DNA of 64,000 bases. It comes from Promethearchaeota archaeon. Its GTDB lineage: Archaea > Asgardarchaeota > Lokiarchaeia > Sigyniarchaeales > SOKP01. Under the pieces are notes generated by a model. It saw only the letters and a list, made by a program, of their open reading frames with translations. It was not told the DNA's origin and made no database searches. Positions 10,286 through 20,859 of this stretch are shown here, one piece after another. Numbering within the stretch: position 1 is the first letter of the stretch; every line of letters begins with the position of its first letter. The stretch covers positions 42,028-106,027 of the forward strand of contig JAUVNS010000014.1 of NCBI GenBank assembly GCA_030599585.1, written 5' to 3'. The position numbers were made by a program, and so were the translations under genes.

Positions 10286-10873
10286 TTAGGTTAAAATTTT
10301 AAGTTTCTCAAGACGGATAGAATCCGGTAATGGATTGCCAGTAAGTTTTAATGTCTCTAAGTTTTTAAAGTTAGCTAAGTTATCTATTTTTCGGATTTGA
10401 TTATTTGATAAATTTAAGTGCTTGAGGTTAGGTAATCTCTCTAACCCTTCAATATTTGTAATCTGATTATTGCTCAAATCTAAACGTTGCAGGTTTTCTA
10501 AATGTTCCAGATTTTCAACTTTTCGAATTTTGTTATTATTTAGTAATAGCTCCTTCAAATTTTTTTGATGATCTAAGTGTTCAATTCTAGAAATTTGATT
10601 ACCACCTAAGTCCAATTCTTCTAACTTATTAAGGGCATCTAATCCATTAATTTCTTGTAGCAAATTAGATTCTAAATGGAGTTTTCTTAAATTCACAAGA
10701 GAGTTCAATCTTTCCATCACAGCAATATTGTTCCCCTCTAAAAAAAGGCCCTTCAGATTGGAGTATTTACGTAATTTTTTTATTTCGCTAAAGGTATTAA
10801 TATCCATGTTATTTAAATAGAGATTATTGTTATTAACAAAAACTTTTTTCTTTTTTATCGTGATATATTCCAT
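10286..10873 (-). CDS. Leucine-rich repeat protein (SDS22-like)
   Basis: Tandem 22-aa LxxLxLxxNxIxxIExL repeats ending in GNP. Confidence 0.92.
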   Translation of the reverse strand: MEYITIKKKKVFVNNNNLYLNNMDINTFSEIKKLRKYSNLKGLFLEGNNIAVMERLNSLVNLRKLHLESNLLQEINGLDALNKLEELDLGGNQISRIEHLDHQKNLKELLLNNNKIRKVENLEHLENLQRLDLSNNQITNIEGLERLPNLKHLNLSNNQIRKIDNLANFKNLETLKLTGNPLPDSIRLEKLKILT

Positions 10874-11000
10874 GGAATGTAGCTAGAAACACCTACTTAT
10901 TAGTAAATCGAATAAAAATTATAACTAAAACGAATTATCAGTTTATAATTGAAAAGTGACATATAAAAAGTTAGATGACTCCTTCTCTAAAATGGAGTAA

Positions 11001-11591
11001 TCAAATTTTTCTGCATAATAATTCGCCTTTTCCAATAGGAACTATTAAAGCATCGACGCGTTTATCTGATAGGGCTTTGTCAATCATGGGTTTTAAGACA
11101 TCATAATGATTAATTGCATTATCAGCTACTAATATGCCTCCTTTTACCATATTTGGAATAATTAAATCGTAACACTCATCATAAACTTCTTTTTCAGCGT
11201 CTAAAAAGCAAAAAGATATGTTTTTTTCTTCTTTTAAAAAATCCCGAGCATCCCCTTCTACTAGTTCAACAAAATTTGCCATTTTACTCTCTCGAAATGT
11301 CTCTTTTGCAAGTTTTATCTTTTCTTCTAAAATTTCAAAAGTTTTTATTTTGATACCTCTCTCTATACATGCGAGCGCTATCCACATAGTAGAATAGCCT
11401 CCACTAGTACCAATTTCTAAAAATTCTCCATTAGGAGCACCAGCAGCTAAGATTGATAGGAATTTACCCGTTTCCGGAGGAATTTGACGAAGTCTTTTCA
11501 TTCGAGGTGTTCTATCTACCCTATCTTTCGCGTCGATATTTTCTAAATATTTCATTCGATTTTTTACTGGTTCTGGGATGTTATGTAGCAT
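11001..11591 (-). CDS. Class I SAM-dependent O-methyltransferase (COMT/YrrM-like)
   Basis: [25 protein letters not shown]. Confidence 0.9.
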   Translation of the reverse strand: MLHNIPEPVKNRMKYLENIDAKDRVDRTPRMKRLRQIPPETGKFLSILAAGAPNGEFLEIGTSGGYSTMWIALACIERGIKIKTFEILEEKIKLAKETFRESKMANFVELVEGDARDFLKEEKNISFCFLDAEKEVYDECYDLIIPNMVKGGILVADNAINHYDVLKPMIDKALSDKRVDALIVPIGKGELLCRKI

Positions 11592-11773
11592 TTGATTTCA
11601 ACTTCCTATTGTATTAACAATAGTATATTTAAGAAAAAATATAATGATTATCAATGCATCATAAGTTACTTCAAATGGGTTAATATTAGACAGAGCAGAC
11701 CATTTTTTTCATTGAAAAATTCTTTTTAAACGAAGAAACTTATTCTAGCTTATATAAAAACAAAATTTTCAAG

Positions 11774-12970
11774 TTGAGTAAATTGAGCTTTAAAATAAAA
11801 AACAATGTATATTGGGTAGGGAAAATAGATTGGGAACTCAGAAAATTCCATGGAGATGAATATTCTACTCATCGTGGTTCCACCTACAATTCTTACCTAA
11901 TTAGAGAAGAGAAAAATGTCCTGATTGACACGGTATGGATGCCTTTTTCAAAAGAATTTGTTAAAAATCTCTCAAAAGAAATTGACTTAGAAAAAATTGA
12001 CTATATTATAGCTAATCATGCAGAAATAGATCATAGCGGTTCACTTCCTGAGCTTATGGAGCGCATACCAAACACTCCAATTTACTGTACAGCAAATGGT
12101 GTTAAGTCGTTAAAAGGCCACTATCATAAAGATTGGAATTTTAAAGTAGTAAAAACGGGGGATACATTAGATTTAGGAAACGGTAAGCAGTTGATCTTTG
12201 TAGAAATGAGAATGCTTCATTGGCCTGATAGTATGGCGTGTTATCTAACTGGAGACAATATCTTGTTTAGTAACGATGCGTTTGGCCAACACTACGCCTC
12301 GGAATATATGTATAACGATCTCGTTGATCAAGATGAGCTATTTATGGAATGTATCAAATACTACGCTAACATTTTAACGCCTTTTAGTGCTCTCGTGGAT
12401 AAAAAAATCAAAGAAGTTTTAGCTCTAAACATTCCAATAGATATTATTGCAACAAGTCATGGAGTTATCTGGAGAGACAATCCAACTCAAATTGTAGAAA
12501 AATATTTATCTTGGGCTAACGATTACCAAGAAAACCAAATTACAATATTGTACGATACAATGTGGGATGGAACAAAAAGAATGGCGGAAGCAATTACAAA
12601 AGGAATTCGTGAAATTGATACGAATGTTAATGTTAAATTGTATCATATCGCAAAAACCGATAAAAACGATTTAATTACAGAAATCTTTAAATCTAGGATT
12701 ATTCTTGTAGGATCACCTACTATTGGTGGAGGAATTCTATCTGGTGTTGCCGAAATTTTGGAGATGATTAAAGGAATGCGGTTTAAAAACAAAAAAGCGG
12801 CGTCATTCGGTTGCTATGGATGGAGTGGAGAATCAATAAAGGTTATAAAGGAACATTTAGAAAAGAGCGGTTTTTCTGTAATTAATGACGGTGTTCGCGC
12901 TTTGTGGAACCCTGACGATGAAAGTTTGGAAAAATGCGTAGCATTCGGCAGAGAAATAGCCAATAGTTAA
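11774..12970 (+). CDS. fprA: Flavodiiron protein (O2/NO reductase), class A
   Basis: HAEIDH, LHWPDSM, SNDAFG, SHG metallo-beta-lactamase ligands plus flavodoxin domain YDTMWDGT. Confidence 0.93.
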   Translation: MSKLSFKIKNNVYWVGKIDWELRKFHGDEYSTHRGSTYNSYLIREEKNVLIDTVWMPFSKEFVKNLSKEIDLEKIDYIIANHAEIDHSGSLPELMERIPNTPIYCTANGVKSLKGHYHKDWNFKVVKTGDTLDLGNGKQLIFVEMRMLHWPDSMACYLTGDNILFSNDAFGQHYASEYMYNDLVDQDELFMECIKYYANILTPFSALVDKKIKEVLALNIPIDIIATSHGVIWRDNPTQIVEKYLSWANDYQENQITILYDTMWDGTKRMAEAITKGIREIDTNVNVKLYHIAKTDKNDLITEIFKSRIILVGSPTIGGGILSGVAEILEMIKGMRFKNKKAASFGCYGWSGESIKVIKEHLEKSGFSVINDGVRALWNPDDESLEKCVAFGREIANS

Positions 12971-13113
12971 AAAATTTTTTTTAAATTCATTTCTACTTTT
13001 TTAATTGGATTAAGCTTTTAATATCCTTTGATCGTTCAATAGACCCGTACATGCTATATTTGTGATATACATAAATACAAATTCTAATATTATATCTTTA
13101 CTTAAGGTGATCG

Positions 13114-13479
13114 ATTATCTCTAAAATTCTGGTTGTTGACGACGACCGTACTATGCTAAAGCTCTATAAGTTATTATTAGCAGGAATGGGGGATTATTCA
13201 GTTGAATTCTTTATCAATGGCAAAGATGTCGTTGAAAATTATAGAAAGCATTCAGAAAAACCTAAAGTAATTATTATGGACTATCGAATGCCTGTTATGA
13301 ATGGACTTGATGCAATGAACGAGATATTGGAGATTGACAGAAACACTAAAATAATTTTTGCAAGTGCTGATACTTCCATGAAAGAGCTTTCTATTTCAAA
13401 GGGGGCTACAGCTTTTCTTAGTAAGCCTTTTAAAATTGAAGAACTAATAGATTTAATCAATAAAACAATAAAAGAGTAA
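13114..13479 (+). CDS. Stand-alone response regulator receiver (CheY-like), ATT/ATC-initiated
   Basis: KILVVDDD acidic pocket lies upstream of ATG 13153; MDYRMP phospho-Asp, SKPF; in-frame TGA at 13108. Confidence 0.88.
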   Translation: MISKILVVDDDRTMLKLYKLLLAGMGDYSVEFFINGKDVVENYRKHSEKPKVIIMDYRMPVMNGLDAMNEILEIDRNTKIIFASADTSMKELSISKGATAFLSKPFKIEELIDLINKTIKE

Positions 13480-13488
13480 TTAACAAAG

Positions 13489-15399
13489 GTGTATGAAATA
13501 TTGGAAAACACTCGTGATAATATTCTAAAGTTAAGAGAGTTAAAAAAAAGATACAAGTTATTTTATGAATATGCCCCACTCCCTTATCAATCTTTGGATG
13601 AAAATGCTAACATTATAGATATTAATCAAGCGTGGCTTGATTTTTTTGGATATGATAAAGAAGAAGTGATCGGGAAGTGTTTTGGCGAATTTTTAGTTCT
13701 TAAAAGTAGAGAGATGCTAAATTCAAGATTTTCGCATTTTAAAGAAGTAGGAGTAATTCAGGATGTAGAATACGAAATTGTAAAAAAGGATGGCATTCAT
13801 AGAAATATTTGGTTAGATGGAAGAATAGAATATGATAAAAACGGGAATTTTACACAAGCACATTGTTTTTTCAAGGATATTACCGATCGTAAGCGCATTG
13901 AAAATCAGCTTAGGAGTAGTAAAACTTTTCTTTCTAATGTATTTACAAGTATTCAAGACGGGATTAGCATTCTTGACAAAGACTTGAACATCATCCAAGT
14001 CAATCCAATAATGGAGCTTTGGTATTCGCATTCGATGCCAATGCTTGGTAAAAAATGTTACGAAGTATATCACGAGAGAAATAAACCTTGTGAAATTTGC
14101 CCTTCCCTTCAAGCTCTTAGATCAGGTCAACCAGCTTACGAAATTGTTCCTAAAACAGGACCTAAGCAAAAAATTACTGGCTGGTTGGATCTCTATTCAT
14201 TCCCTCTACTTGACGAAGAAGGAGGGCAGATTATTGGAGTAATTGAATACGTGAGAGATATATCTGAACGTATGAAGGCAGAACAAAGATTAAGAGATTC
14301 TGAGGTAAAATATAAATATCTCTTTGAAAACGCTCAAGTAGGATTATATTGGTCCAGAATTAGCGATGGAAAATTTATAGAATGTAATGAGATTTTTGCT
14401 AAATTGCTTGGATATGGAACACGAGAAGAATTATTAGAAGATTATATTGCTACTGAACATTACGTTTATCCAACCAAGCGCAACGAGATGCTAGATGCGA
14501 TCCGGAAAAACAAAGAAATTAGAGATAGTGAAATTCTAGTCACTAAAAGAGACGGTACTCCTATTTGGTTAAGTATTTCTGCTCGAATGTTTGAAAAAGA
14601 AAATAGAATTGAAGGTGCTGTCATTGATATCACCAGACGAAAGAAGACTGAACAAGAATTAAAAGAATCTGAACTACTGTATAAAAAAGCATATGACAAA
14701 GCAGACTTCTATAAAGATTTATTAGCACATGATGTGAGCAACATTTTTAATAACATAAATGCCTCGATTCAACTAATAGAATTATGGAAAGAAGATTCTG
14801 AAGTATTAAACAATGATGGAGATATGATTGATATCATTAAACAACAATTAGAAAAAGGTGCTTCTTTAGTTTCAAATGTGCGTAAGCACTCAGAAATAGA
14901 GGAAGGAGAGAATCTAGTAAAATCGGTTGATGTGATAGATGTAATCAATGAATCAATTAAAGATGTTCTTTCTCGATTTCATTATAGAGAAATAGAGATA
15001 AATGTTAAAAAGACTAATGAAATTCCTAATGTTAAGGGAGGGGATTTACTGATTGACGCCATTGAAAATATATTAATAAACGGTGCTCTCCATAACGAAA
15101 GCGATACGATAAGAATGTGGGTTAATGTGTCCGAAGTTTATAAAGACGCCGAAAAATTCGTAAAGCTCGAATTTAAAGATAACGGCATTGGGATTATTGA
15201 TGAGAGAAAAAAAGCAATCTTTGAAAGAAATTATAATAAAGATAAGAGTACGGGTGGAATGGGTATAGGGTTATCGCTCGTTAAGACAATAATTAATAGT
15301 TATGATGGTCAAGTTAAGGTCGATAATAGAGTATTGGGAGATCACACAAAAGGGAGCATTTTTGTTGTCTTGTTAAAGCAATGGCAACTAATGGATTAA
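13489..15399 (+). CDS. Cytoplasmic PAS-domain sensor histidine kinase
   Basis: Three PAS/PAC domains, H-box LAHDVSN, N box, DNGIGI and GMGIGL boxes. Confidence 0.92.
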   Translation: MYEILENTRDNILKLRELKKRYKLFYEYAPLPYQSLDENANIIDINQAWLDFFGYDKEEVIGKCFGEFLVLKSREMLNSRFSHFKEVGVIQDVEYEIVKKDGIHRNIWLDGRIEYDKNGNFTQAHCFFKDITDRKRIENQLRSSKTFLSNVFTSIQDGISILDKDLNIIQVNPIMELWYSHSMPMLGKKCYEVYHERNKPCEICPSLQALRSGQPAYEIVPKTGPKQKITGWLDLYSFPLLDEEGGQIIGVIEYVRDISERMKAEQRLRDSEVKYKYLFENAQVGLYWSRISDGKFIECNEIFAKLLGYGTREELLEDYIATEHYVYPTKRNEMLDAIRKNKEIRDSEILVTKRDGTPIWLSISARMFEKENRIEGAVIDITRRKKTEQELKESELLYKKAYDKADFYKDLLAHDVSNIFNNINASIQLIELWKEDSEVLNNDGDMIDIIKQQLEKGASLVSNVRKHSEIEEGENLVKSVDVIDVINESIKDVLSRFHYREIEINVKKTNEIPNVKGGDLLIDAIENILINGALHNESDTIRMWVNVSEVYKDAEKFVKLEFKDNGIGIIDERKKAIFERNYNKDKSTGGMGIGLSLVKTIINSYDGQVKVDNRVLGDHTKGSIFVVLLKQWQLMD

Positions 15400-15506
15400 A
15401 CCTTATTGGTTTCAAATAGCTTTTTTAATTACATTTAAGCCAAAATAGAAAGAAGCAAAATTCCTTTACTGGTAAAGTTTTATTGAATAGAATATTTTCT
15501 TTATGT

Positions 15507-16148
15507 ATGTCTCAAGATATCGTACAAATTAAGCTTAGCATAGAAATACCTGAAGATAAATGGCTAGCAACTTTCAACAAAAAATATCCAGAATTGAATT
15601 TTCATATTCTATCAAACTTTCCAATCGGAGAAAACTCAGGGATCACTTCGTTCCAAATAAGGGGTTCCTCCATAAAGCGTTTTATTTCCGATTTTAAAGA
15701 AAAATCAGCTGAACAAACTGCTCAAATTTTGTACGAAGATGAAGATCTTGTAATATTGAACGTAAAGGAAGGCGACCCATGGATATTAAATACTTTAGTG
15801 AAAACTGAGCTATTGATATCTTATCCTGTGCTAGTAAAAGGTGGTAAAATTAGAATAGAAGCTATCACAGACCGTTCAAAAGTAGATAGATTTTTAACAC
15901 AGCTAAAAAAGAAAGACATAAAAGCGAAAATCGAGCGCATAGGGTATTATTATAAATCGACTCTCCTCACTCAAAGACAAAATGAAATATTAAATTTTGC
16001 ATATCAAAAAGGATATTTTAACATTCCAAGAAGTGTTTCATTAAGCGAATTCGCTAAAGATTTAAGCATTTCAAAATCGGCTCTTTCTGAAACATTGAGG
16101 AGGATTTTTAAGAAATTAGCTAATAATCACATTAATTCTAGCAATTAA
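15507..16148 (+). CDS. Bacterio-opsin activator (HTH-10) family regulator
   Basis: LTQRQNEILNFAYQKGYFNIPRSVSLSEFAKDLSISKSALSETLRR C-terminal HTH. Confidence 0.88.
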   Translation: MSQDIVQIKLSIEIPEDKWLATFNKKYPELNFHILSNFPIGENSGITSFQIRGSSIKRFISDFKEKSAEQTAQILYEDEDLVILNVKEGDPWILNTLVKTELLISYPVLVKGGKIRIEAITDRSKVDRFLTQLKKKDIKAKIERIGYYYKSTLLTQRQNEILNFAYQKGYFNIPRSVSLSEFAKDLSISKSALSETLRRIFKKLANNHINSSN

Positions 16149-17254
16149 ATCTGCGATAAGAGTTCTATTAAAGCCCGAGGAATCTCTTTATAGTTGTTTA
16201 CAGCAAAAAATTTACCTTGTCCAACTCGAGCTATTTCTCGACAGGTATCGATCCCTCTTTCAGCATCGTTCTCAGCGGGTATTCCGATGACGTGCAGCTT
16301 AGGGTATTTCTTAGCTAAATCAAAAGGGTTTTTCCCTCTATTATAGTTTCCATCGGTGATTAAAATCCCCGATTTATGTCTTGTTTTTTCCTTAATCTTA
16401 TTTAATTCTTTTAATCCTTTTTCTAAACCAATATGAATATTAGTAAAGCCAACTGCCTCCGAATCAAGAATTTCATCTATGATTTTTATAACCGGCTTCT
16501 TCTTATCTATTTTTTTAAGAACCATAGCTGTGGAATTGAAAAGAACTATTCCATAACTTTCTTTTTCCATATTATAAGCCAAAACGGATGTAGTTAGAGC
16601 TGCGTTAAGTAGAAGCTTCCCATACATACTCCCACTAGTGTCTAAAATCATTACAATTTTTCTCTTTTGCTTTTTTCTTTGTATTCCAAAGATATCTTTG
16701 TAAGTTAGGCTATTTTTATATATATTTAATGGGTTATGTTGAATTGTTTCATCTAAGTCAAACTCTGGAGTCCCTATCTGATAAGAAGGAGTTATTTTTT
16801 TAAAATTTCCTCTAATTCCTTTACTAGTTATTTTTAACGAGGTTTTTACTATACTTTGTCTTGCTAGTCGTCTAAAAACATGCTTGTATTTTTCTGAAAT
16901 CGGTCGTCTAATAAAAAAGTAAACTTCCGCCATTGAAATTTCAGAATTTTTTGCTTTTTCTGAAAAGAATTGTACACCTTCATCACAATCTAAAGCGTCA
17001 GTTGCGGCGTATACATTAGATTTAAGTAAACCTAGGATGGCTTCAAGATTTTTATGGGTTATTGATAAGTAAGTTAATTCCTTAATTTGTTTATAATCTA
17101 ATGTATTTGCTAAATGATGATAATAATCTGGTTTTTTCTTTTGTTTTCTGATTATTTCATACCTAAGAATTTTTTCATCTGGGATTCTTTCTGTATGTCT
17201 TATGTGGAGCCTCTTATTCTCAATCTTCTCAATCTCTTCGAAATCATCGATTAT
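16145..17254 (-). CDS. vWA (MIDAS) domain protein, MoxR partner (CoxE-like); N-terminus extends 107 codons beyond the first ATG
   Basis: LDTSGSM, GFTNI, ITDG MIDAS motifs; frame open from 16933 up to the MoxR stop with no ATG/GTG/TTG. Confidence 0.85.
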   Translation of the reverse strand: MIDDFEEIEKIENKRLHIRHTERIPDEKILRYEIIRKQKKKPDYYHHLANTLDYKQIKELTYLSITHKNLEAILGLLKSNVYAATDALDCDEGVQFFSEKAKNSEISMAEVYFFIRRPISEKYKHVFRRLARQSIVKTSLKITSKGIRGNFKKITPSYQIGTPEFDLDETIQHNPLNIYKNSLTYKDIFGIQRKKQKRKIVMILDTSGSMYGKLLLNAALTTSVLAYNMEKESYGIVLFNSTAMVLKKIDKKKPVIKIIDEILDSEAVGFTNIHIGLEKGLKELNKIKEKTRHKSGILITDGNYNRGKNPFDLAKKYPKLHVIGIPAENDAERGIDTCREIARVGQGKFFAVNNYKEIPRALIELLSQI

Positions 17255-18144
17255 TGAAAATCTGATTTATTTAGAGCCGATAATACGATGTCAGCTATTA
17301 TCTCTTCTTTTGAGCTAGTAACGCCATCTTCGAGTTCGACCTTATTATATAAAGCCATTATTGCAGTATTAACCCAATTCTTTGAACTATTTATTTCTTC
17401 AGTTTTAGAAATTAGTTGTGCTAGATCAATTGCTCCTCTTATTGAACTTCCTCTCTGTATTGATCGGTTATTTCTTGAATGATGTATTATTTGTTGAGAG
17501 AGTTGTGCAATTTTTTCTCCATCTAGATTATCTAGATTAGCCTCTTGTTTAATGATAAGAACTTCTTCTTCAGAGGGTTGAAAATCCAACTTTATCCAGA
17601 TAAATCTATCTTTTAAAGCTTCTCCAATGACAGTTACACCCACATGGGCGGCTGGGTTTTGAGTAGCGATCGTAAAGAATTTGCTATGAGCCTTAATTGT
17701 TTTCAATTTAGGAATTTCTAAAATACCCTCATCTAGTGCCGTTAAAAGTGAATTTTGCGTGCTTTCAGGCATCCTATTGATTTCATTTATAAAAAGACAG
17801 CCTCCTTTTAGCATAGATGAGGCCAGCGGACCGTAGATATATGAATCTTCTTGATAACCTTTTGATATCACTAAGGGGGGATCAAAATAACCGACTAAAT
17901 TATGAGGTAGAGTCTCTTCAGAACAGTCTATTCGAGCAAAATCAGTATCGTAAAATGAAGAAATTGCTTTTGCTATCCTCGTTTTACCTGTTCCTACTTG
18001 GCCCTCAATGATTAAATTTTTATCTACTGACCTTGCTAGAATAATTTTTTTTAATTCCTCAGTTCTCCCAATGATTTTATATTTACTTTGTATCTCTTTC
18101 ACAATCTGAGATGCATTTAACATGTTTTTAATAATATTAAGCAA
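17251..18144 (-). CDS. MoxR-family AAA+ ATPase
   Basis: Walker A GQVGTGKT, Walker B LFINEINR, ATQNP, EALKDRF, GSSIRGAI. Confidence 0.92.
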   Translation of the reverse strand: MLNIIKNMLNASQIVKEIQSKYKIIGRTEELKKIILARSVDKNLIIEGQVGTGKTRIAKAISSFYDTDFARIDCSEETLPHNLVGYFDPPLVISKGYQEDSYIYGPLASSMLKGGCLFINEINRMPESTQNSLLTALDEGILEIPKLKTIKAHSKFFTIATQNPAAHVGVTVIGEALKDRFIWIKLDFQPSEEEVLIIKQEANLDNLDGEKIAQLSQQIIHHSRNNRSIQRGSSIRGAIDLAQLISKTEEINSSKNWVNTAIMALYNKVELEDGVTSSKEEIIADIVLSALNKSDFQ

Positions 18145-18209
18145 GTAATAGAGTTTATTAAAGATTAGAAGAATTTGTTAATAACGAAGGATTTCAATTT
18201 ACCTTAATA

Positions 18210-20243
18210 ATGGCGTTAAAAGTTATCTTCAAAAAGAATAAAAAGAATAGCATTTTCCTTGGATTTATCGCCGCAATTTCGATTCTACTTATTCCAATAA
18301 TGTTAGATGCTTTAGCACCCTTCAATAACGAAGATTCCTCTGTAGTCTCTGTATCTGCTAATGGAGATAATTTTAATATCTTAGATTTTTGGGTAAATGA
18401 AATTGAAAGAGTAAATAATACTCAGTTAAATATTGTTTATGGTGATAATCACACCATAGAACACACCATCTCATTTTCAAATAAAAATTATGAATTGAAA
18501 GCTCGAGATATTTATTTTAATTCGCCTAATTGGGTTGGAGCACAACCACAAAATCTTACATTATATGGTGTATTACTTTATCCAGAAATTATCAAGAGTA
18601 GTAATCCGGGAGCTTTAATTATGCATGGATTAAATGGAGAAATAGATGAAGCGTTTGATCTAGCTATACCATATTTAGAGAAAGGTTTTGTAGTCTTATG
18701 CCATGCTCATCCAGGTCACGGTAAATCAGAGGGAACAGAACCAGAACCTGGAAATTTATATTATGAGGGAGCATATAACGAATCAGCTCATTTTTACTTA
18801 ACATTATGTGGGGCGATTCAAGGATTAAGAGTTCTTGAAACGCTTACATTTGTTAATAATTCTCAAATAATGGTTGCAGGTAAATCATATGGAGGATTAA
18901 ATGCTATGTGGTTAGCAGGTATTTTAGGAGAGAGGATTGCTGGAGTTACAGCGTATATAGCTATAGGAGATATCGCTAAGAATTTAATCCATCCCGATAA
19001 ATTATTTTTCTGGATATTAGGGAAAAATGTCAGGGAAATTCCTGATTCTTATGTAACGAACCAACTCTTACGATTTGATCCAATTCATTATTTAAATTCC
19101 TCTAAACTACCCCCAATACTGTGGCAAATAGGAACTAATGACGATTTTTTCCATTATAGCTCAATAAAAGGAACTTTTGACTCAGTTCAACACAATAATA
19201 AATTTATGCAGATTTTCCCTAACGATCATCATGGTTTTCCTGGATTTGAGGGGTCGTCTAAATTTTTTATTGATTATGTTTTAAACAATGGTTCCATTCC
19301 ACCTCAAATTAACATTACTAGTATATCTAAGACCCAAGATCTTCGTGGGGATAATCTGCATATCGCTCTACGAGTAAACTCAACTGAGGAAATCGATTCA
19401 ATACAGATGGTATATAAATTTACTGATGTTCTTGGTTCTACATGGGAATATATTAACCTTGATAGTATTGATGGGGTGAATTGGGAAGGAGAACTAAGTC
19501 CGACAATCTTCAATTCTAATCTTGATTATTATATTATCGTCAATTTAAAAAATATGACTAATGTTTGGTTTTCGTCTAATATATACTCAGCGGGAGAAAT
19601 AAGAAGTAACCTAGCACTTCCTTTCATTATTATTATTTCTGTTATTATACTAATTCCCCTTGCATTATCAATAAGGAAAAAGTTTCTTGAAATACCAGTA
19701 ATGGAATTAGATGAAAAAAGTAAGTTGAAACGTCATTTTTTAAATGAAATTATTATAATATTAGTATTAGACGCTGTTTATTATCTTTCACTCATCTTGC
19801 CATGGATAGTTTACGAGAGTGGGGGTGTAATTTTTAACCACATATATATATTTAATAATTTATATACCTGGAAGATATATTTTGGCGAGTTTGCTTCTTC
19901 TTTAACCACTATCTTCTTTATCGCAAGTATTGTTAACTCACAACTAAACTTCATCAGCTTAAGATTATCAGCAATATTAAAACTACTATATCCAACAATT
20001 ATGCTAGGCTTCATCAGCGCTACGCCATTTCTTTCTGGTGTCTTAGATCCTACCAGTTTGACTTCTAACTTCGGATTAATTTTCCCCGGAATTGGACCAA
20101 TGCTTATGATTATTTGTTCAATATTATTGTTTTTAATAGGTCGAAGAGAAAGAAAAACTAAGATTTCTTTAGGTTTAGTTAGGAAAAATAATTTGAGGTC
20201 TTTTTTCTTTAAAACCTATTCTAGAGTTTTTAAGAAGGTTTAA
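18210..20243 (+). CDS. Membrane-anchored alpha/beta hydrolase (esterase-like) with C-terminal TM helices
   Basis: N-terminal hydrophobic segment, HG, GHGKS, GKSYGG nucleophile elbow, putative Asp (NDDFF) and His (DHHG); several C-terminal TM segments. Confidence 0.8.
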   Translation: MALKVIFKKNKKNSIFLGFIAAISILLIPIMLDALAPFNNEDSSVVSVSANGDNFNILDFWVNEIERVNNTQLNIVYGDNHTIEHTISFSNKNYELKARDIYFNSPNWVGAQPQNLTLYGVLLYPEIIKSSNPGALIMHGLNGEIDEAFDLAIPYLEKGFVVLCHAHPGHGKSEGTEPEPGNLYYEGAYNESAHFYLTLCGAIQGLRVLETLTFVNNSQIMVAGKSYGGLNAMWLAGILGERIAGVTAYIAIGDIAKNLIHPDKLFFWILGKNVREIPDSYVTNQLLRFDPIHYLNSSKLPPILWQIGTNDDFFHYSSIKGTFDSVQHNNKFMQIFPNDHHGFPGFEGSSKFFIDYVLNNGSIPPQINITSISKTQDLRGDNLHIALRVNSTEEIDSIQMVYKFTDVLGSTWEYINLDSIDGVNWEGELSPTIFNSNLDYYIIVNLKNMTNVWFSSNIYSAGEIRSNLALPFIIIISVIILIPLALSIRKKFLEIPVMELDEKSKLKRHFLNEIIIILVLDAVYYLSLILPWIVYESGGVIFNHIYIFNNLYTWKIYFGEFASSLTTIFFIASIVNSQLNFISLRLSAILKLLYPTIMLGFISATPFLSGVLDPTSLTSNFGLIFPGIGPMLMIICSILLFLIGRRERKTKISLGLVRKNNLRSFFFKTYSRVFKKV

Positions 20244-20302
20244 ATAACAAAAAAAGATACATAGAAAAAAATAAATGTCAAATAACATTTGTTGCATTAC
20301 CA

Positions 20303-20758
20303 ATGAAATCTCTACTAGTTTTGTTTTCATATCATCACAAAAATACTGAGAAAATCGCTAAGGTCTTCGCAAAAGTTCTTGATGCACAGATAAAATCGCC
20401 ACAGCAAGTAATTCCTGAAGAGCTTCAAGATTATAGTCTAATTGGCTTTGGATCAGGGATCTATGATGATAAACACCATAAACTTCTGCTTGACCTTGCC
20501 GATAAACTACCACAAGTCAACAACAGGAAAGCATTTATTTTTTCAACAAGTGCAATGCAAGAAAAAGCCAAAGTCGCTAAAGATCACTCGCAGCTTAGGG
20601 AAAAACTGCAATCGAAAGGTTACACGATTGTTGATGAATTTAGTTGTAAAGGTTTTAACACCAATAGTTTCCTGAAATATTTTGGGGGAATGAATAAGGG
20701 TAGACCTAATGCTGAAGATCTCAAACATGCAGAACAATTTGCTCAGAACCTGAAGTAG
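20303..20758 (+). CDS. Flavodoxin family protein
   Basis: SYHHKNTEKIA, GFGSGIY, FIFSTS, GRPNAEDL. Confidence 0.88.
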   Translation: MKSLLVLFSYHHKNTEKIAKVFAKVLDAQIKSPQQVIPEELQDYSLIGFGSGIYDDKHHKLLLDLADKLPQVNNRKAFIFSTSAMQEKAKVAKDHSQLREKLQSKGYTIVDEFSCKGFNTNSFLKYFGGMNKGRPNAEDLKHAEQFAQNLK

Positions 20759-20859
20759 AACTTAATTTAGCGTTTTAGTATATGAATTATATAAAAGCCT
20801 AAGACTTTTATTGAAAAAAATAAACATATGTCACTATCTAATGGAACTTAGGTAAGAAT

